Of a stretch of DNA of 64,000 bases, positions 1 through 11,958 are shown one piece after another. Position 1 is the stretch's first letter; the number at the start of each line of letters is the position of its first letter. Below the pieces are notes generated by a model. That model did no database searches and was not told where the DNA came from. It saw only the letters and a program-made list of their open reading frames with translations. The translations under genes and the position numbers were made by a program. The stretch is taken from the NCBI GenBank assembly GCA_963704325.1, contig OY969885.1, forward strand, positions 2,286,770 through 2,350,769. The letters run 5' to 3'. Source of the DNA: an uncultured Chloroflexia bacterium (GTDB lineage: Bacteria > Chloroflexota > Limnocylindria > Limnocylindrales > CSP1-4).

Positions 1-111
1 GCCGCCTTCAGGAAGCCCAGCACGATCACCCTGTGCGGTGGCGCCTCGCCGCCGCCGACCTGGCCGTCCGACATGCCCGGATTGTGACCCACTCTCGCTA
101 GACTCCGCGAC

Positions 112-1404
112 ATGCCCAAGCTCCAGGCGCCGAGAGGTACGCGCGACCTGCTCCCGGCGGACATGGCCGTCTTCCGCCGACTGTCCGACCTTGCCCGCCG
201 CCTGTCCGCCCTGTATGGCTACAAGCCGATCGAGACGCCGCTGTTCGAGGACAGCGCCGTCTTCGAGCGCGGCATCGGAGCCGTGACGGACATCGTCGAG
301 AAGGAGCTCTTCCGGCTCCGCTCGCCCGGCTCGGACGAGGATCGTTGGGCGCTCCGCCCAGAGGCGACCGCGGGCATCTGCCGCGCCTACGTGGAGCACG
401 GCATGCACACGCTGCCGCAGCCAGTGCGCCTGTCTACCTTCGGCGCCATGTTCCGCTACGACCGGCCGCAGGCCGGCCGCTACCGCCAGTTCTGGCAGTG
501 GAACGTAGAAGCGATCGGGGATCCCGGCCCGGCTATCGACGCGGAGATCGTGGAGATGGCGTTGCGCTTCGTGCGCGACGCGGGCGTGCCGGACGTGGAG
601 CTGCAGCTCAACTCGATTGGCGACGCGGCCTGCCGACCGGCGTACATCGCCGCGCTGGTCGAGTACCTGGGCCGCTACGCCGACGAGCTGCCCGACCAGG
701 AGCGCCACCGCCTGGCGGCCAACCCGCTGCGCGTCCTGGACACGCGCGATGCCAAGGTGCAGGCCATCCTCGAAGATGCGCCCACGATCGACTCGTACCT
801 GTGCGCCGCGTGCCGCGACCACTTCGAGTCACTTCTTGCGCATCTGGAAAGGCTGGGTGTCGAGGTTCGCCGCGCGCCGCGCCTGGTGCGCGGCCTGGAC
901 TACTACACGCGCACGGCTTTCGAGCTCTACCAGAGCGGCGCGCATGGCCAGCAGTCGGCGCTCGGCGGCGGCGGCCGGTATGACGGGCTGATCGAGCTGT
1001 TCGGCGCGCGCTCAACCCCGGGCATCGGCTTTGCGTTGGGCATCGATCGCATCGCGGCGCTTGCCGCAGCGGCAGATGACGGAGCGCAGCCGGCCGTGGA
1101 GGGCCGGCCGGTGGCGGTGGTCGTGGGCGCCGACCCGGGGGCGACTGACGTCCGGCTGGCGCTGGCGACCGACCTGCGCACTGCCGGCATCGCCGCGACG
1201 GCCGACCTCGCGCCGCGCAAGCTGGGACGTCAGCTTGAGGCGGCCGCCAAGGAAGGCGCGCATTTTGCGATCGTCGTCGGCGACGAGATGGCCGACGGCC
1301 AGGTTCAGCTACGCGACCTCGAGGCGGGCACGCAACGGACGGTCAACTTGATCGACCTCGCGCGTGAGCTGGAGCGTGCTCACGGCAGCCACCATCACGG
1401 CTAG
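112..1404 (+). CDS. hisS: histidine--tRNA ligase
   Basis: 430-aa intact ORF. The N-terminus MPKLQAPRGTRDLLP and the class II aaRS core with C-terminal anticodon-binding region are typical HisRS. The ATG at 112 lies only 7 nt downstream of a TAGACT -10-like hexamer (99-104). Confidence 0.9.
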   Translation: MPKLQAPRGTRDLLPADMAVFRRLSDLARRLSALYGYKPIETPLFEDSAVFERGIGAVTDIVEKELFRLRSPGSDEDRWALRPEATAGICRAYVEHGMHTLPQPVRLSTFGAMFRYDRPQAGRYRQFWQWNVEAIGDPGPAIDAEIVEMALRFVRDAGVPDVELQLNSIGDAACRPAYIAALVEYLGRYADELPDQERHRLAANPLRVLDTRDAKVQAILEDAPTIDSYLCAACRDHFESLLAHLERLGVEVRRAPRLVRGLDYYTRTAFELYQSGAHGQQSALGGGGRYDGLIELFGARSTPGIGFALGIDRIAALAAAADDGAQPAVEGRPVAVVVGADPGATDVRLALATDLRTAGIAATADLAPRKLGRQLEAAAKEGAHFAIVVGDEMADGQVQLRDLEAGTQRTVNLIDLARELERAHGSHHHG

Positions 1405-1407
1405 GAG

Positions 1408-3105
1408 CTACTTCCAGGCTACGAACGCGTCAATGTCGACCCGAGTGCCGGTGGAGGACGGATTGCCGTTGTTCGTGACGCGCACCTCGAAGACGTGGCT
1501 CGCGGAGGCGACGTTCGAGCTCCACACGAGCTGGGCCGGAGTGAGAGTCGGTGCGTACAGATCGACCGAGTCAAGGAGCACGCCGTCAAGGCGCAGCTCA
1601 GCGACGCCGCGATCGGGCCCAAGGGTTGAGATGAGGCCCACCGCCGACCCATTGAAGGCGTAGCTGGCGGTATTGCCCGGCGTGATCGAGCGGCGCACAT
1701 AGCCTCCGCTCGCGCCGCCCACGCTCACCCTCTTCCACGAGCCGGCGTAGCTGGCCGACCCGGCCGTCTCCTGGGCTCTGGCGAGCTTGGCGGTGGCGCT
1801 CATGACGTACGCGCTCGTGTTGCCGGCCGTGTCGGTTGCCGAAAGCCGGAAGCGATAGTTGCTGCCCGGGGCCAGATTCATGACGGCGCTCGTCGCGGTT
1901 GATGAGGTCAACGTGACGCTTATCCAGGCGCCGCTGCCCTTCTTGCGCTGCAAGTCGTAGCTGCCGATCCCTGATTCGTCGTCCGCTGCGGGCCAGGTGA
2001 CCTCCACGCCTACTTTCGAGCCCACCGTCTGCGGCTGCACGAATGACGCGGCGGGCGGGTGGACGATGGGTGGGCTGACGTCAGCGCCGCCGCCACCGGA
2101 CGTCTCCCAGCCGATGTCGCGGAAGAGCGCCATGGTCAGCGGGCCCGGATCGTGGATCACCTCGCCGTTGGCCAGCGACGGGGTCATCAATGCATGCTGC
2201 GTACCCGTGGGAAACGCGAACTCGTCGAAGTGCGAGTTGCTGGAGCCCTGCTGCCATGGGTTCGGCGCGTACAGCCGGGCACGAGCACCCAGCTCGGCGA
2301 CGACCTCCGGGCCGCCGAAGTAGACGCTCCCGTCGGTGATCTGCGTCTTCAAGGCATTGGACGGGTTCGCGTAGACCGACTTGTTGGTCAGCAAGTTGCC
2401 GCCCGTCGCGGCGCTCCACTCGAATGTGTCGAACCTCATTGGACTTCTCGTCGATCCGTCCGAGATGCCCCACGACCCCTTTCCAGAGGGCGCGACGCTG
2501 AAGCTGCTGTAGAACCCGAGGCCGTGGCCGATCTCGTGGAGCACGACGGTGAAGAAGTCCCACTTGCCGCTGGGAGCAGCGCCGTCGGCGCCCAAATACC
2601 AATTCGGGAAGGACGAGTTGAAGTCGGCGGTGATGTCGGCCGGCTGCCAGCTTGGATTGCGGTTGCAACCGCACAGCGACTCGCTCAGCGCGATGGGATA
2701 CCAGCGGTTGTCAGGGTGCAGGACATTGAACGTGGCCCCCGCGCCACCCAGGATGTTCGGGTGCATTGGCCTCCAGGTCGCATCGACATGGATGACCTGC
2801 GACGAGACGATGCGCGCTTCCCAAACCTCCACCGCGGCCTCAAAGGTTGCCTCGGCTTCGCTCGAAAATCCGTTGTAGTCGACCTGGATGTCCGCGGTCG
2901 GCGCGCTCGCGGTCAACCGTTCGGGCGCAAGAATTGGGTCGTGGCGCTCGAGGGTCCGGCCGGCAACAACTTCGACAAGTCGGCCCTGCTCGACCGGGAG
3001 CGCGGCCGGCGCCTGTGCCGCAGTGTTTCCTGCGCCGAAGGCCAGACCGGCCTGGATCGACAATAGAAGCGCGACGCCGGTCGCGGCGATTGGTGCCCTG
3101 CGCAT
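1408..3105 (-). CDS. secreted zinc metallopeptidase (HEXXH, matrixin/M10-like catalytic region) with C-terminal fibronectin-III-like / beta-rich domains
   Basis: 565-aa ORF on the minus strand. The N-terminus ([26 protein letters not shown]) is a signal peptide. The zinc motif [12 protein letters not shown] is present and is followed by Ser/Thr/Gly-rich beta-type domains. It is convergent with hisS. Confidence 0.6.
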   Translation of the reverse strand: MRRAPIAATGVALLLSIQAGLAFGAGNTAAQAPAALPVEQGRLVEVVAGRTLERHDPILAPERLTASAPTADIQVDYNGFSSEAEATFEAAVEVWEARIVSSQVIHVDATWRPMHPNILGGAGATFNVLHPDNRWYPIALSESLCGCNRNPSWQPADITADFNSSFPNWYLGADGAAPSGKWDFFTVVLHEIGHGLGFYSSFSVAPSGKGSWGISDGSTRSPMRFDTFEWSAATGGNLLTNKSVYANPSNALKTQITDGSVYFGGPEVVAELGARARLYAPNPWQQGSSNSHFDEFAFPTGTQHALMTPSLANGEVIHDPGPLTMALFRDIGWETSGGGGADVSPPIVHPPAASFVQPQTVGSKVGVEVTWPAADDESGIGSYDLQRKKGSGAWISVTLTSSTATSAVMNLAPGSNYRFRLSATDTAGNTSAYVMSATAKLARAQETAGSASYAGSWKRVSVGGASGGYVRRSITPGNTASYAFNGSAVGLISTLGPDRGVAELRLDGVLLDSVDLYAPTLTPAQLVWSSNVASASHVFEVRVTNNGNPSSTGTRVDIDAFVAWK

Positions 3106-3233
3106 CCTTCCCCCGAGTGCGAATGGTGCGGTCCAGGTCGATCTTAGGCGCTGTGTACAGCCGCGGCAGCGGACGAAAGTCGGGTGCGCGACCAGAAGGG
3201 CGGCTACGGCCCACCATCGACTACGATGCGGCC

Positions 3234-5113
3234 ATGCCCCCGACCAACGGCCCTGCTTCCGCGACCGCCTCTCTCGCCACGGCGCTGCGTACGCACACGG
3301 CCGGCGACCTGCGCCCGGAGCATGTCGGCGCGGACGTGTCGCTCGCCGGCTGGGTCAATCGCCGGCGCGACCTGGGCCAGCTGATCTTCATCGACCTGCG
3401 CGACCGCCACGGTCTGACCCAGATCATCATCGACGCTGCAGAATCGCCCGCCGCGCACGAAGCGGCCAGCGCCGTGCGCAACGAGTTCGTGCTGCGCGTC
3501 CGCGGCACCGTCGCCAAGCGTCGCGAGGGCACCGAGAACGCCTAAGCTGGCCACGGGCGAGATCGAGGTTCGGGCCACTTCGGTGGAGGTGCTGTCGACG
3601 GCAAAGACGCCGCCCTTCCCGATCAACGAGTCGGAGGACACCGACGAGACGCTGCGTCTCAAGTACCGCTACCTGGACCTGCGCCGCGACGCCATCAACA
3701 ACCGGCTCGTGCTGCGCTCGAAGCTGCTGCGCGCACTATCGCGAGGTCCACCACGCGCACGGCTTCGTCGAGGTGGAAACGCCGATCCTGATCAAGTCCA
3801 CGCCTGAAGGCGCGCGCGACTTCATCGTTCCGTCGCGCCTTCAGCCGGGCAACATCTACGCGTTGCCGCAGTCGCCGCAGCAGCTCAAGCAGCTACTGAT
3901 GGTCGCTGGCTTCGACCGCTACTACCAGATCGCGCACTGCATGCGCGACGAGGACGCGCGCGCCGACCGCGGCCCGGAGTTCACCCAGCTCGACATCGAG
4001 ATGAGCTTCGTCACCCAGGAAGACGTGATGTCGTTCGTGGAGATGACCGTGGCCGAGGTCACGCGTGCCGTCGTGCCCGACCGACCGCTCAGGGCCACGC
4101 CGTTCCCGCGCTTCTCATATCGCGAGGCAATCGACCGATTCGGCTCGGACAAGCCGGACGTTCGCTTCGGGATGGAGCTGAAGGACCTGGGCGACGTGGT
4201 GCGCGGCTCAGGCTTCGGTGTCTTCGACAACGTCCTCGAATCGGGCGGTCGCGTGGTCGGACTTGCCGCCCCCGGCCTGGGCGGGGCCACGCGATCACAG
4301 ATCGACGAGCTGACCACGATGGCCAAGCGGGCCGGCGCCAAGGGCCTCGTCCACATGGCGGTCGATGAGTCGGGCGCCGTCACCTCGCCCGTGCTCAAGT
4401 TCCTGGGGGAGGGACGTGCCGACCAGATCGTCGAGGCTGTGGGCGCCTCGCCGGGTGACCTCGTCCTGATCGTGGCGGACGCGGACATCCATGCCCAGGA
4501 GGCGCTGGGCGACCTGCGCGCGGTCCTCGGCCAGCGCCTGGGCCTGATCAAGGACGACAACGAGCTGTCCTACCTGTGGGTCTACGACTTCCCGATGTAC
4601 AAGTGGGACAAGGACGGCAACCGCTGGGATGCCACGCACAACCCGTTCAGCGGCGTCCAGCCCGACGACGAGAAGCTGCTCGAAACGGCCTCGGGCGACT
4701 TTGCCCAGCTGTCACCGACCGATCCGGCGGGCCAGGCACGCGCGCTCCAGCACGACCTGGTGCTCAACGGCTGGGAGCTCGGTGGCGGCTCGATCCGAAT
4801 TCACCGCCACGATCTGCTCGAGCGCTCCTTCCTGCTCCAGGGCCACTCACGCGAACAGATGCAGGAGAAGTTCGGCGCGGTGCTCGACGCGTTCGAGTAC
4901 GGCGCGCCGCCGCACGGCGGTATCGCCCTCGGCATCGACCGCTGGATCGCGCTGCTCACCAACCAGGAGAACATCCGCGAGGTCCAGGCGTTCCCGAAGA
5001 CCGGCAACGGCTCCGACCTGATGCTCGGTGCGCCGTCACCGGCCGAACCCGCCCAGCTGACAGAGCTCGGCCTCCTTATGGCCCCGCCAAAGGAGCCCGC
5101 CAGGCCGGCCTAG
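3234..5113 (+). pseudogene. aspS: aspartate--tRNA ligase (AspRS), reading frame broken by two single-base indels (~3540 and ~3735)
   Basis: AspRS sequence is continuous across three frames. Frame 0 (3234-3545) holds the N-terminal OB fold (MPPTNG...[18 protein letters not shown]). Frame +1 (3546-~3735) holds LATGEIEV...RSKLL. Frame +2 (to 5113) holds HGFVEVETPILIKSTPEGARDF...QAFPKTGNG. The total length of ~626 codons is typical for bacterial AspRS. Confidence 0.85.
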
Positions 5114-5840
5114 TCGCCTTCTTCGGCCGCCTGCGGGTAAGGGGCGAGGGCGGGGCCTTCGAGCGGCGTGTCATCCGACATATCGGCGGCTGCGGCACCC
5201 CATTCGGGGGCGGCACCGGCTACCGGCTGCGGTGGTCCCTGGTAATCGGGTAGCGAATCCATCGCGGTGCCCATGTCGTGGACCGTGCCCGGATCGCCAG
5301 TGTCGATGACCTCGAGCGCGGCACCGGCGGCGATCATGTCGGCCAGCAGCTCATCGGGCATCAGCGTCGCGTCCTGCGCGGCGAATAAATCGAGCAGCGA
5401 AACCGGAATGAGCGCCGGCCAGCCGATCGTCTCCTCGTAGCGCGGGCGCAGGATTGCCTCGCGGTGGGCGCCGTGCGCCTCGATCATCGACGTGACGGTC
5501 TCGGCGTCGACCCACGCCATGCGGCCCGGCCAGATGAGGCAGGCGTCCGTCTCAGTGACCTTGTCAGTGGCGACGCGCATTCCGCGCGCGATCTGGCCCA
5601 CCGGCCCGGTCTCGGCCGGTGCGGGCTCGGCCAGCACGGCCGGTGAGCCGGCGAGCGCATCAGCTACCGAGCCTTCGGGATCGCTGCACGACGACGACAA
5701 TCGGCGTCGCGCCACCGGCCCACGCCGACTCGACGATCCGCCGCGCGGCGAGACGGCCGGCCGCATCAGCGAGAGCACCCTCGGCGCGAGCGAACAGGAC
5801 TACTGCAGCAACGGTCACCCGCCCATGCTACTTGCAGGCG
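5110..5840 (-). pseudogene. MobA/MocA-like nucleotidyltransferase (molybdenum cofactor NTP-transferase family), frameshifted
   Basis: The C-terminal half of the minus-strand ORF 5110-5778 (ACLIWPGRMAWVDAETV...GWPALIPVSLLDLFA...DTGDPGTVHDMGT) matches the MobA-like fold. The expected N-terminal G-rich NTP-binding segment (VAAVVL...GATPIVVVV) is readable only in a different minus frame at ~5700-5840. The call is by eye only. Confidence 0.4.
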
Positions 5841-5901
5841 CGCAGGCAGTCGGAAGGGCCCTCAACCGGCCTTCGCTGGTTTCAGTGCAACAATCGGCGC
5901 A

Positions 5902-7828
5902 ATGGCAGCAACTGCACCTGAACGACTCGTGGTCCGCGACGACCTGCGCAACGTCGCCATCGTCGCCCACGTGGACCACGGCAAGACGACGCTCGTAGAC
6001 GCCCTGCTCAGGCAGACAGGCGTGTTTCGGGCACACGAGGAAGTCGTCGATCGCATCCTGGACTCGGGCGATCTGGAGCGCGAGAAGGGCATCACCATCC
6101 TCGCCAAGCAGACCACGATCGAGTACGGCGAGCGACGGCTGAACATCGTCGACACTCCCGGCCACGCCGACTTCGGCGGCGAGGTGGAGCGCACGCTGCT
6201 GATGGTCGACGCCATCCTGCTCCTGGTCGACGCGGCGGAGGGGCCGCTTCCGCAGACACGCTACGTGCTCAGCAAGGCGCTCGCCCGCAGCCTGCCCGTG
6301 GTCGTTGCGATCAACAAGATCGACCGCGGCGACGCTCGGCCGGCCGAAGTTCTGGACGCCATCTACGAGCTCTTCATCGATCTCGGCGCCAGCGACAGCC
6401 AGATCGACTTCCCGGTGCTGTACACCAACGCCAAGCTGGGCACGGCCACGCCGGACCTCGCATCACCCGGATCAGACCTGCGGCCGCTGCTCGATGCGCT
6501 GGTCGAGGTGACGCCGGCGCCGACCTACGCGCCCGATCACCCGCTCCAGCTGCTGGTCACCAACCTGTCGGCCAACGACTACGTGGGGCGCATGGCCGTC
6601 GGCCGCATCTGGAACGGAACTGTGCGCATGGGTCAGCGCATCGCGGTTGTCAGGGACGATGCCGATTCACACTGACGGCCGCGTGGAGCCCGGGCGGCTG
6701 GTGACGCTCGCGGGCACGGTCACCAGCCTGACAACCGCCAGGGGCATCGAGCGGGTGGACATCGCCGAGGCCGGCCCGGGCGACATCGTCGCCATCGCCG
6801 GACTGCCCGAGGTGACCATCGGCGACACGATCACCGAACCGGGCGATCCGCGCCCGCTGCCGCGGCTGGAGGTTGATGAGCCCACGCTGCGCATGACGTT
6901 CGGTGTGAACACCTCGCCGCTCAGCGGCCGTGACGGCAAGTTCGTCACCAGCCGCCAGATCAGGGATCGCCTGGACCGCGAGGTGCTGGGCAACGTGTCG
7001 ATCGAGGTTCACGCCACGGCCACGCCGGACACGTTCGAGGTGCGCGGTCGCGGCGAGCTGCAGCTCGCCGTGCTGATCGAGCAGATGCGCCGCGAGGGCT
7101 TCGAGCTGCAGGTCTCGCGCCCGGAGGTGCTGCTCCACGAAGTGGACGGCGAGGTCCAGGAGCCGTACGAGCGGATCACGATCGATATCCCGCCCGACTT
7201 CATCGGCCCCGTGTCGCAGTCACTCGCCGAGCGGCGCGCCAAGCTGGAGCTGATGTCGACCGATGCCGACGGTCGGACGCGGATGGAGTACCTGATCCCC
7301 ACGCGTGGCCTGGTGGGCTATCGCGGCCAGCTGCTGACCGAGACGCGCGGGACGGCGCTGATGCACCAGATCGGTGCCGGTTACGGGCCATGGGCGGGCG
7401 AGGTCGCCCATCGCACGAGTGGCGTGCTGGTCAGCGACCGGTCGGGCTCGTCGAATGCGTACGGCCTGTTCAACCTTCAGGAGCGATCACAACTCTTGAT
7501 CGGCTCCGGCGAAGAGGTCTACGAAGGGATGATCATCGGCGAGAACAGCCGACCGACCGACATGGACGTCAACCCGACCAAAGAGAAGAAGCTGACCAAC
7601 ATCCGCACCCACTCGCACGACGAATCGCTGCGCCTGACACCGCCGCCACCGCTGACCCTGGAGGCGGCGATCGAGTTCATCGCCGAGGACGAGCTGGTCG
7701 AGGTCACGCCCCTCAACCTGCGCCTGCGCAAGAGGGCGCTGAGCCAGCACGATCGGCGCCGGGAGGCGGGCAAGGCATACGACGACCGCCGCCGCGCAGA
7801 GCGAGCCGAGGGCGCCGAGGGCGGCTGA
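5902..7828 (+). pseudogene. typA: translational GTPase TypA/BipA, one frameshift near 6650-6675
   Basis: The G domain ([32 protein letters not shown]) lies in ORF 5902-6675. Domains II-V and the BipA C-terminal domain continue in the overlapping ORF 6647-7828. Confidence 0.85.
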
Positions 7829-7927
7829 CAGCGTCACCCCAAGCGCGCCTCACTCGTCTGCCGGGTGAATAGCGTTCGCCACGCGCTTGATCGCGCTCCG
7901 CATGCCCCACGCGAAAGGGAACGTCTG

Positions 7928-9622
7928 ATGGTCAGGCGCTCAGTCGTCCTCACCTGCGCGCTGCTCGTCTTCCTGTCGCTCCACGCAGTCCACGTCGTGG
8001 CCGACGAAACGCCCCAGGATCGGCCGGACATCATCGTGGTGATGGTTGACGACCTGGGCATGGTTGGCGACCGCGTCCTGGAGCGTTTGCCGAACATCCG
8101 CTCACTGTGGCTCGAGCGCGGACTGCGCTTCGAGGCGGCGTACTCGGAGACGCCGCTGTGCTGTCCCGGACGCGCGGCTTTCCTGACCGGGCAGCACACG
8201 CGCCGCCATGGCGTGGTGGTCAATGACGCGCGACTTCTGGACCCTCAGCACACGATCGCCACGGCGCTTGACCAGGCCGGCTACTTCACGGTCATGTCGG
8301 GCAAATACCTGAACGGCGTGGGGGCGCTGGCCGATCGCACGCCGCCCGGCTGGGACCGCGTGGCGATGCTGGACACCTGGTCACGCAACCTGACCAGCGA
8401 ATGGTGGGTCCAGGATTTCGCGCAGACGGCCGGCTTCTTCGATCGCTTCGCGGCGGACCGAGCGCTCGAATGGCTCCATGGCGCGCCGCGCGACCAGCCG
8501 CTGTTCATGTGGCTGACACCGCACGCGCCGCACAAGGCAGACGGAGTTCCGGAGGAGTGGGTAACGGACATCGAACCGCGCTACGTGTCCGATCCACGCT
8601 GCGACGGGATTCGGCCGTTCCAGCCGCCGGGCTATGCCCTGCCGCGCGCGCCGGACGGCTTTCCGCTCGACGACGTATGCCGCTCGCTTCTGACGGCTGA
8701 CGACATGGTCGGCCAGGTCCGGGCGGAGGTTGAACGCCAGGGCCGCGACCCGTACTGGCTGTTCACGTCGGACAACGGCATGGCCTGGGGCGCTCATGGA
8801 TTCACCCAGAAGAACGTGCCATCGTCCGACCGGCTGCCGCTGTACGTAACGGGCCCCGGCGTGATCAGTGGCGAAACGTCCGCACTCGTGTCCAACATCG
8901 ACCTCGCCCCGACCCTGGCCGACCTGGCCGGCGTGGAGATGCCCCGCGCCGACGGCATCAGCTTCGAGCGCGTGCTGCGCGGGGAGGATGGCCGGCGCCG
9001 GGCGATGCTCCAGGACCATCCGGTAGGCGGGCCAACCGGGCTGGGCGACCTGACCGGCCCGTGGTGGGCCATTCGAACGGGATCGTGGCGCCTCGTCGTC
9101 TGGCGCGGCACTCACCTGTACCAGACCGAGGATGATCGCTGGGAGCTGAACGACCTTGCCCTGGACGAACCGGACATGGCGCTCCGACTGGCCCGCATGT
9201 GGCGCCGGCTGAGTGGCCCGCACGGCCCAGCCCGGCCTCCGTTCCCGGCCGTGCCCGTGCCCACGGCATCGCCCACACCGGGGCCGACGCTGGTACCCAC
9301 GCCAACTCCAACCGTCGAACCCAGCCCCACCCCGCTGCTCCCGCCGACGCCATTGGCGTCGCCGCCCCCTTCCATCTCGGCAACGCCGGTGCCCGACGCC
9401 AGCCAAACTCTCGCCCCGCCCGTGAATGGCAGCGCCTCACCGTCGACGGCGATCGCGACGGAGACAGCTTCGGCGGCGGCGGCGTCGGCGAGCCCGGTGC
9501 CTGCAGATGCATCCCCTCCGGACCGCGACTCCCCGATTGCCGCCGTGGCGCTGGCCGCGATGGCCATGCTTGCGGCGGCTGCCGCGCTCACCATCCCGCT
9601 CGTGCGCCGGAGGTTGCGCTAG
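7928..9622 (+). CDS. sulfatase-family hydrolase with Pro/Thr-rich linker and C-terminal transmembrane anchor
   Basis: Signal peptide MVRRSVVLTCALLVFLSLHA is present, and the sulfatase signature PLCCPGRAAFLTG fits C-x-P-x-R. The C-terminal third is a PT-rich low-complexity linker ending in a hydrophobic helix plus RRRLR. The ATG at 7928 follows AAGGGAA. Confidence 0.7.
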   Translation: MVRRSVVLTCALLVFLSLHAVHVVADETPQDRPDIIVVMVDDLGMVGDRVLERLPNIRSLWLERGLRFEAAYSETPLCCPGRAAFLTGQHTRRHGVVVNDARLLDPQHTIATALDQAGYFTVMSGKYLNGVGALADRTPPGWDRVAMLDTWSRNLTSEWWVQDFAQTAGFFDRFAADRALEWLHGAPRDQPLFMWLTPHAPHKADGVPEEWVTDIEPRYVSDPRCDGIRPFQPPGYALPRAPDGFPLDDVCRSLLTADDMVGQVRAEVERQGRDPYWLFTSDNGMAWGAHGFTQKNVPSSDRLPLYVTGPGVISGETSALVSNIDLAPTLADLAGVEMPRADGISFERVLRGEDGRRRAMLQDHPVGGPTGLGDLTGPWWAIRTGSWRLVVWRGTHLYQTEDDRWELNDLALDEPDMALRLARMWRRLSGPHGPARPPFPAVPVPTASPTPGPTLVPTPTPTVEPSPTPLLPPTPLASPPPSISATPVPDASQTLAPPVNGSASPSTAIATETASAAAASASPVPADASPPDRDSPIAAVALAAMAMLAAAAALTIPLVRRRLR

Positions 9623-9641
9623 CGCTCCTACAATCCACGCA

Positions 9642-10805
9642 ATGCCCGTCTACCTGGACCACGCTGCGACTACTCCGCTGCGCCGCGAAGCGCTCGAAGC
9701 GATGCTGCCGCTGCTCACGGACGATTTCGGCAACCCATCCAGCGTGCACGGCTATGGCCGGCGCGCCCGAGCTGCTCTCGACGACGCCCGTGAGCGGTTC
9801 GCCGCGCCGCTCAACGCCGAGCCGCGCGAGATCATCTTCACGGCGAGCGGAACAGAGGCCATCAACCTGGCCCTGAAGGGCATCGCCTGGGCCGGCAAGG
9901 CGCGCGGTCACCGCATCGTGGCCAGCTCGGTCGAGCATCACGCGGTGCTGCACGCGCTGCGCCACCTGGAGAAGTTCGGTTTCGAGATCGTGACCGTGCC
10001 GGTTGATCGCTATGGGCTCGTTGACCCGGATCAGCTCGATGCTGCGATCAACGAACGGACCATCCTCGTCTCGCTGATGATGGCCAACAATGAGGTTGGC
10101 ACCGTCCAGCCGCTGACCGACGTCATTCGCCGCGTCCGCGCTCACCGGGGAGTGGCACTCCACCTGGACGCGGTCCAGGCCGCGCCCTACCTGGCCATCG
10201 ACACCAATGACGTGGACGCCGACCTGATCTCGTTCTCTGCCCATAAGTTCGAGGGCCCCAAGGGCACCGGCGCGCTGTACCTGCGCCACGGGACCATCCT
10301 GCTGCCCCAGGTCCAGGGCGGCGCCCAGGAGCGCTACCGGCGCGCCGGAACGGAGAACGTGGCCGGGGCCGTGGGCATGGCCGTCGCGTACGAGCTGGCC
10401 AGGCACGAGCAGGCAGACACTGCGCCGCGCCTGGCCGCGCTGCGCGACCGGCTCGCTGACGCCATCCTGGCCGTGCCCGGCGTGGAGCTCACCGGGCACC
10501 CGCGCCGGCGCCTGCCCGGACATCTGTCGGTCATCTGCCGCGAGGCCCAGGGCGCCGATCTCGTCGTGCAGCTGGACCTGGCCGGCGTTGCAGTGTCCAC
10601 TGGCGCGGCATGCACGACAGGCTCGACCGAACCGTCGCACGTGCTCATAGCGCTGGGTTTCCCGGATGACGAAGCGCGCGGATCGCTGCGCATCTCGCTC
10701 GGCCGCATCACGACAGAGGCGGACATCGACCAGGCGGCGCAGCTGATCCCGGCCGAGATCGCCAGGTTGCGCGGCGCCACGCTGAGCGCGCAGGTCAGCG
10801 CCTGA
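9642..10805 (+). CDS. iscS: cysteine desulfurase (class V aminotransferase, IscS/NifS type)
   Basis: The ORF begins [13 protein letters not shown]. The PLP lysine lies in [12 protein letters not shown] and the catalytic Cys in the STGAACT loop. The gene is immediately followed by mnmA. Confidence 0.85.
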   Translation: MPVYLDHAATTPLRREALEAMLPLLTDDFGNPSSVHGYGRRARAALDDARERFAAPLNAEPREIIFTASGTEAINLALKGIAWAGKARGHRIVASSVEHHAVLHALRHLEKFGFEIVTVPVDRYGLVDPDQLDAAINERTILVSLMMANNEVGTVQPLTDVIRRVRAHRGVALHLDAVQAAPYLAIDTNDVDADLISFSAHKFEGPKGTGALYLRHGTILLPQVQGGAQERYRRAGTENVAGAVGMAVAYELARHEQADTAPRLAALRDRLADAILAVPGVELTGHPRRRLPGHLSVICREAQGADLVVQLDLAGVAVSTGAACTTGSTEPSHVLIALGFPDDEARGSLRISLGRITTEADIDQAAQLIPAEIARLRGATLSAQVSA

Positions 10806-11938
10806 TGGCGACCCAGGCTGGCGGTCGCGTCCTTGTGGCGATGTCGGGCGGAGTCGATTCTTCGGTCGCCGCTGCGCTGCTGGCAGAGGAGGGGGTGGAG
10901 ACCGTCGGCGTGTGGATGCGCCTGCACGACGTGGCCGACTCGTACAGCGAGTTCAAGAAGAGCTGCTGCTCGCTCGACGCGGCCGACGACGCACGCCGCG
11001 TGGCAGCCCAGCTGAACATCCCGTTCTACGTTCTCAACCTGGAGCGCGAGTTCGGTGCCGGCGTGATGCAGCCGTTCATGGACGCGTACCTGGATGGTCG
11101 GACGCCCAGCCCGTGCGTGGACTGCAACTCGTACGTCAAGTTCGGCGCGTTGCTGGGCAAGGCGCTGCGCCAGTTCGACTGCGCGGCGGTGGCGACCGGC
11201 CATTACGCCCGCGTCGATGCGATCGAGGATGCCGACGCGCCCACCGGCCGTCGCTACCGCCTGCTCAAGGGCGCCGACGCGGACAAGGACCAGAGCTACT
11301 TCCTCTACGGGCTGCGCCAGGACCAGCTGGGACACGTGCGCTTCCCGCTTGGCTCGATGACCAAGGCGGCGGTACGGGACGTCGCTCGGCGCCACGGATT
11401 GGCCACGGCGGAGAAGCCTGAGAGCCAGGAGATCTGCTTCGTTCCCGGCGGCGATTACCGCACAGCGCTGGCCACGCGTGCCGGATGGCGTGAGACGCCT
11501 GGTCCGCTGCTCGACGTGGACGGCGAGCTCGTCGGCGCGCACCGCGGCGCGGCGGCCTACACGATCGGCCAGCGCCAGGGCCTGGGCGTCGCGCTGGGCG
11601 AGCCGCGCTACGTCAGCTCCATAGATGCCGTCGCGAACGTCGTCACGCTGGGCCGCCGCGAGGACCTTTACCGGCGCGAGTTCGAGATGAGTGACGTGTC
11701 CTTCGTAGCCGGAGGGCCACCCGCCGACACGTTCAGGACAGAGGTGCGCATCCGCCACCGCGCCGACCCGGTGCCCGCAAGCGTGAGTCGGTCGGACGGC
11801 GCACAGCCTGGCGGCCGATCCGACCGATGGACCGTCTCGCTTGATCGCGATGCGTGGGCACCTGCTCCGGGCCAGGCGGCCGTGTTCTACGCCGCGGACG
11901 AGGTCGTGGGCGGCGGTCGCATCGCGCCGGCGTCGTAG
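10805..11938 (+). CDS. mnmA: tRNA 2-thiouridine(34) synthase MnmA
   Basis: The PP-loop [11 protein letters not shown] and CCSLD...CVDCN cysteines are present. The start ATGA overlaps the iscS stop. Confidence 0.85.
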   Translation: MATQAGGRVLVAMSGGVDSSVAAALLAEEGVETVGVWMRLHDVADSYSEFKKSCCSLDAADDARRVAAQLNIPFYVLNLEREFGAGVMQPFMDAYLDGRTPSPCVDCNSYVKFGALLGKALRQFDCAAVATGHYARVDAIEDADAPTGRRYRLLKGADADKDQSYFLYGLRQDQLGHVRFPLGSMTKAAVRDVARRHGLATAEKPESQEICFVPGGDYRTALATRAGWRETPGPLLDVDGELVGAHRGAAAYTIGQRQGLGVALGEPRYVSSIDAVANVVTLGRREDLYRREFEMSDVSFVAGGPPADTFRTEVRIRHRADPVPASVSRSDGAQPGGRSDRWTVSLDRDAWAPAPGQAAVFYAADEVVGGGRIAPAS

Positions 11939-11958
11939 CGGAGCAGGGATAGAGCACC

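Noticed and set aside
3234-5113. Treating the frameshifted core genes (aspS, dxs, efp, recN etc.) as genuine pseudogenes or as programmed frameshifts
   Set aside because: Too many essential single-copy genes are hit and no slippery heptamers are seen at the junctions. Each protein is otherwise complete. Assembly indel error is the most economical explanation.
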